NCBI GenBank assembly: GCA_001797815.1
Contig: MGQK01000130.1
Span: 22,213 to 76,055 of the forward strand
Length of the DNA stretch: 53,843 bases
Direction of reading: 5' to 3'
Source: Deltaproteobacteria bacterium RBG_13_61_14
GTDB lineage: Bacteria; RBG-13-61-14
Of the stretch, positions 52,300-53,843 are shown piece after piece. Numbering within the stretch: the stretch's first letter is position 1; each line of letters opens with the position of its first letter. The position numbers and the translations under genes were made by a program. The notes beneath the pieces were generated by a model, which was not told where the DNA came from, searched no databases, and saw nothing but the letters and a program-made list of their open reading frames with translations.

Positions 52300-53843
52300 A
52301 CTGGTTGCCGCAGGTAATGATCATAGAGACTCCGCACCGCCTCGCGGTGGCGCTCGTAGTCCTCGATCAAGGCCTGGCCCGCACTCTCGCCCTCGTAGCC
52401 CAAACGCCGGGCCAGCCGCTTCAGCCCCGGCCCTTCCTCCGGGAACTGGTGCGCGGCGCGGTCGCTTACGATCCGCAGCCGGTTTTCCAGCCGACGATAG
52501 AAGCGGTGCGCCGCTTCCAACACCCGGTGGTCGGCCTCGGGCAGAAGGCCGGCCCCGGCCAGCGCCGCCAGGGCCTGCAAGGTGTTGGGCTCGCACAGTT
52601 CCGGATGCCCCGCCCCGTGCGCCAGCACCAGGAACTGCACCAGGTATTCGATGTCCACCTGGCCGCCGCGCCCAAATTTTAGATCATATCGGTTTTTGCT
52701 TTCCTGCGCAAGCTCTTTTTCCATGCGCTCGCGGATGCGCCGCATCTCCGGGACCAGGGCCTCGGCCGGGTTGCCGCCGTAGATGTTGCCGGCAATGTCC
52801 TTCATCACCCGCTCGCTGATCCCGGCCTCGTCCACCAGCACCCGCGCCTTGATCAGGGCCTGCTTTTCCCAGACCTGGGCCTGCTGCTGGTGGTAGGTCT
52901 CGAAAGACTCGATCGAGACCACCAGCGGCCCGTGGCTGCCCGAAGGCCGCAGCCGGGTGTCCACCCGGTAGAGGATGCCTTCGCGCGTGGTGGTGGTCAG
53001 GGTGGTGATCAACTGCTGGGCGAGCTTGATGAAAAACTCGTGCACCGAGATCTTGCGCTTGCCCCGGGTCCGGCCTTCGCCGGAATAGACAAAGATCAGG
53101 TCCAGGTCCGATGCGTAGTTCATCTCTTGCCCGCCCAGCTTGCCCAGGCCCAGAATGCAGAGGCCGCCCGGCGCCTGCGGTCGGGCCCAGCGCCGCGTCA
53201 CTTCCTCCCCGGAGACGCGGTAAGATTCGAGCAGGCAAAGGTCGGCGAGCGCGGTCAGCGCCGCTTCCACCCCTTGTTCATCCAGCTTCCCGGCCAGATC
53301 CTGGAGCCCGATCCGCAGGGTCTGGATCTTGTGGAAGCGGCGGAGCGCGTCCAGTCTTCCCTCGAAATCGCTTTCGCGCTTCAGGCTCTCTTGCAACTCG
53401 GCGCGGAGCTTCTCGGGCGGACGCTCGGCCAGGGCCTCGGCCGAGATCAAGTCGTCGAGCAGTTCCGGGTGGAGCACGAAAAAGTTGCCCAGGAACTCGG
53501 AGGTGCCGAAGAGGCGGACCAGGAAGCGCGTCAACTCCGGGTTCTCGCGCAGCAGCACCAGGAAGGTGGACCGCGCGCCGATGGTGGCGAGGAACCGCTC
53601 GAGCAGCCTGAGCGCCATGTCCGGGTCGGGCGCCGCCACCACCTCTTGGAGGAGCAGCGGAGCCAACGCCGAAAGCGCCCGGCGCGAGCGGCGGGAGAAA
53701 TAGGCATGCGGCGGGCCGTCGCGCAGCGCCAGCAGGTTTTCAGCCGCGGCCGCCGGCTCTTCAAAACCCAGCTCCTTGAGCTCGGCTTGCAGGCTTTCCC
53801 GGTCGAGTTCGCGGTCGAGCAGGCGCAAGAGCGCCGGGTCGCC
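52296..53843 (-). CDS. glnE: glutamine synthetase adenylyltransferase/adenylyl-removing enzyme, C-terminal part (5' end outside window)
   Basis: The reading frame is open to the window edge. LGKLGGQEMNYASDLDLIFVY, YRVDTRLRPSGSHGPLV, GGQVDIEYLVQ. Confidence 0.9.
   Translation of the reverse strand, partial: GDPALLRLLDRELDRESLQAELKELGFEEPAAAAENLLALRDGPPHAYFSRRSRRALSALAPLLLQEVVAAPDPDMALRLLERFLATIGARSTFLVLLRENPELTRFLVRLFGTSEFLGNFFVLHPELLDDLISAEALAERPPEKLRAELQESLKRESDFEGRLDALRRFHKIQTLRIGLQDLAGKLDEQGVEAALTALADLCLLESYRVSGEEVTRRWARPQAPGGLCILGLGKLGGQEMNYASDLDLIFVYSGEGRTRGKRKISVHEFFIKLAQQLITTLTTTTREGILYRVDTRLRPSGSHGPLVVSIESFETYHQQQAQVWEKQALIKARVLVDEAGISERVMKDIAGNIYGGNPAEALVPEMRRIRERMEKELAQESKNRYDLKFGRGGQVDIEYLVQFLVLAHGAGHPELCEPNTLQALAALAGAGLLPEADHRVLEAAHRFYRRLENRLRIVSDRAAHQFPEEGPGLKRLARRLGYEGESAGQALIEDYERHREAVRSLYDHYLRQPV

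Overview
High-GC (about 60-65% by eye) chromosomal segment from a Gram-negative bacterium. The Gram-negative call rests on an LpxL-type lipid A acyltransferase, TolC/RND efflux, type IV pilus minor pilins, RpoH, and an F1Fo ATPase with b and b' subunits. The many REP-like palindromes and a four-helix-bundle gene suggest an uncultivated lineage. All family calls come from motif recognition by eye; no BLAST, HMM or Rfam search was possible.

About 45 credible genes, in order:
- Part of the ATP synthase operon (b', b, delta, alpha, gamma) followed by a four-helix-bundle gene.
- A tightly packed acetyltransferase / alpha-beta hydrolase / bactofilin / transporter block.
- A flippase-like membrane protein, a methyltransferase, and a 660-aa secreted TolB-like/DUF4114 protein with a PEP-CTERM-like tail.
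- A tetR-tolC-mfp-rnd efflux operon.
- A ceramidase-like protein.
- Two paralogous REP-associated tyrosine transposases (RAYTs).
- An acyl-CoA carboxyltransferase.
- A pilV-pilW-pilX-pilY1 operon behind a roughly 530-bp AT-rich island.
- GH31, an lpxL-like gene, GT39-TPR, aroK, and an acyl-CoA dehydrogenase.
- A REC-GAF-GGDEF / DUF362 / DUF362 / REC-PilZ cluster.
- rpmB, rpoH, uvrB, an AbrB-PIN toxin-antitoxin pair, ilvE, and partial glnE.

No rRNA, tRNA, CRISPR array, integrase or phage gene was seen.

The unusual content is the intergenic repeatome:
1. Locus-specific tandem heptamer arrays, usually as inverted pairs. They abut stop codons, and in one case they bracket a gene.
2. A GTAGGGG...CCCCTAC hairpin (REP/REPIN-like) family whose stems show compensatory variation.
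3. A CTTAGTGC-type MITE-like hairpin family on both sides of the efflux operon.
4. Two RAYT genes with their own flanking REPs. One is interrupted in frame by tandem copies of its own REP.

Secondary leads are a candidate structured RNA, sigma54-type promoters in AT-rich DNA, a very large PilY1 with duplicated Cys modules, and a Tat-exported DUF362 pair embedded in c-di-GMP signalling genes.
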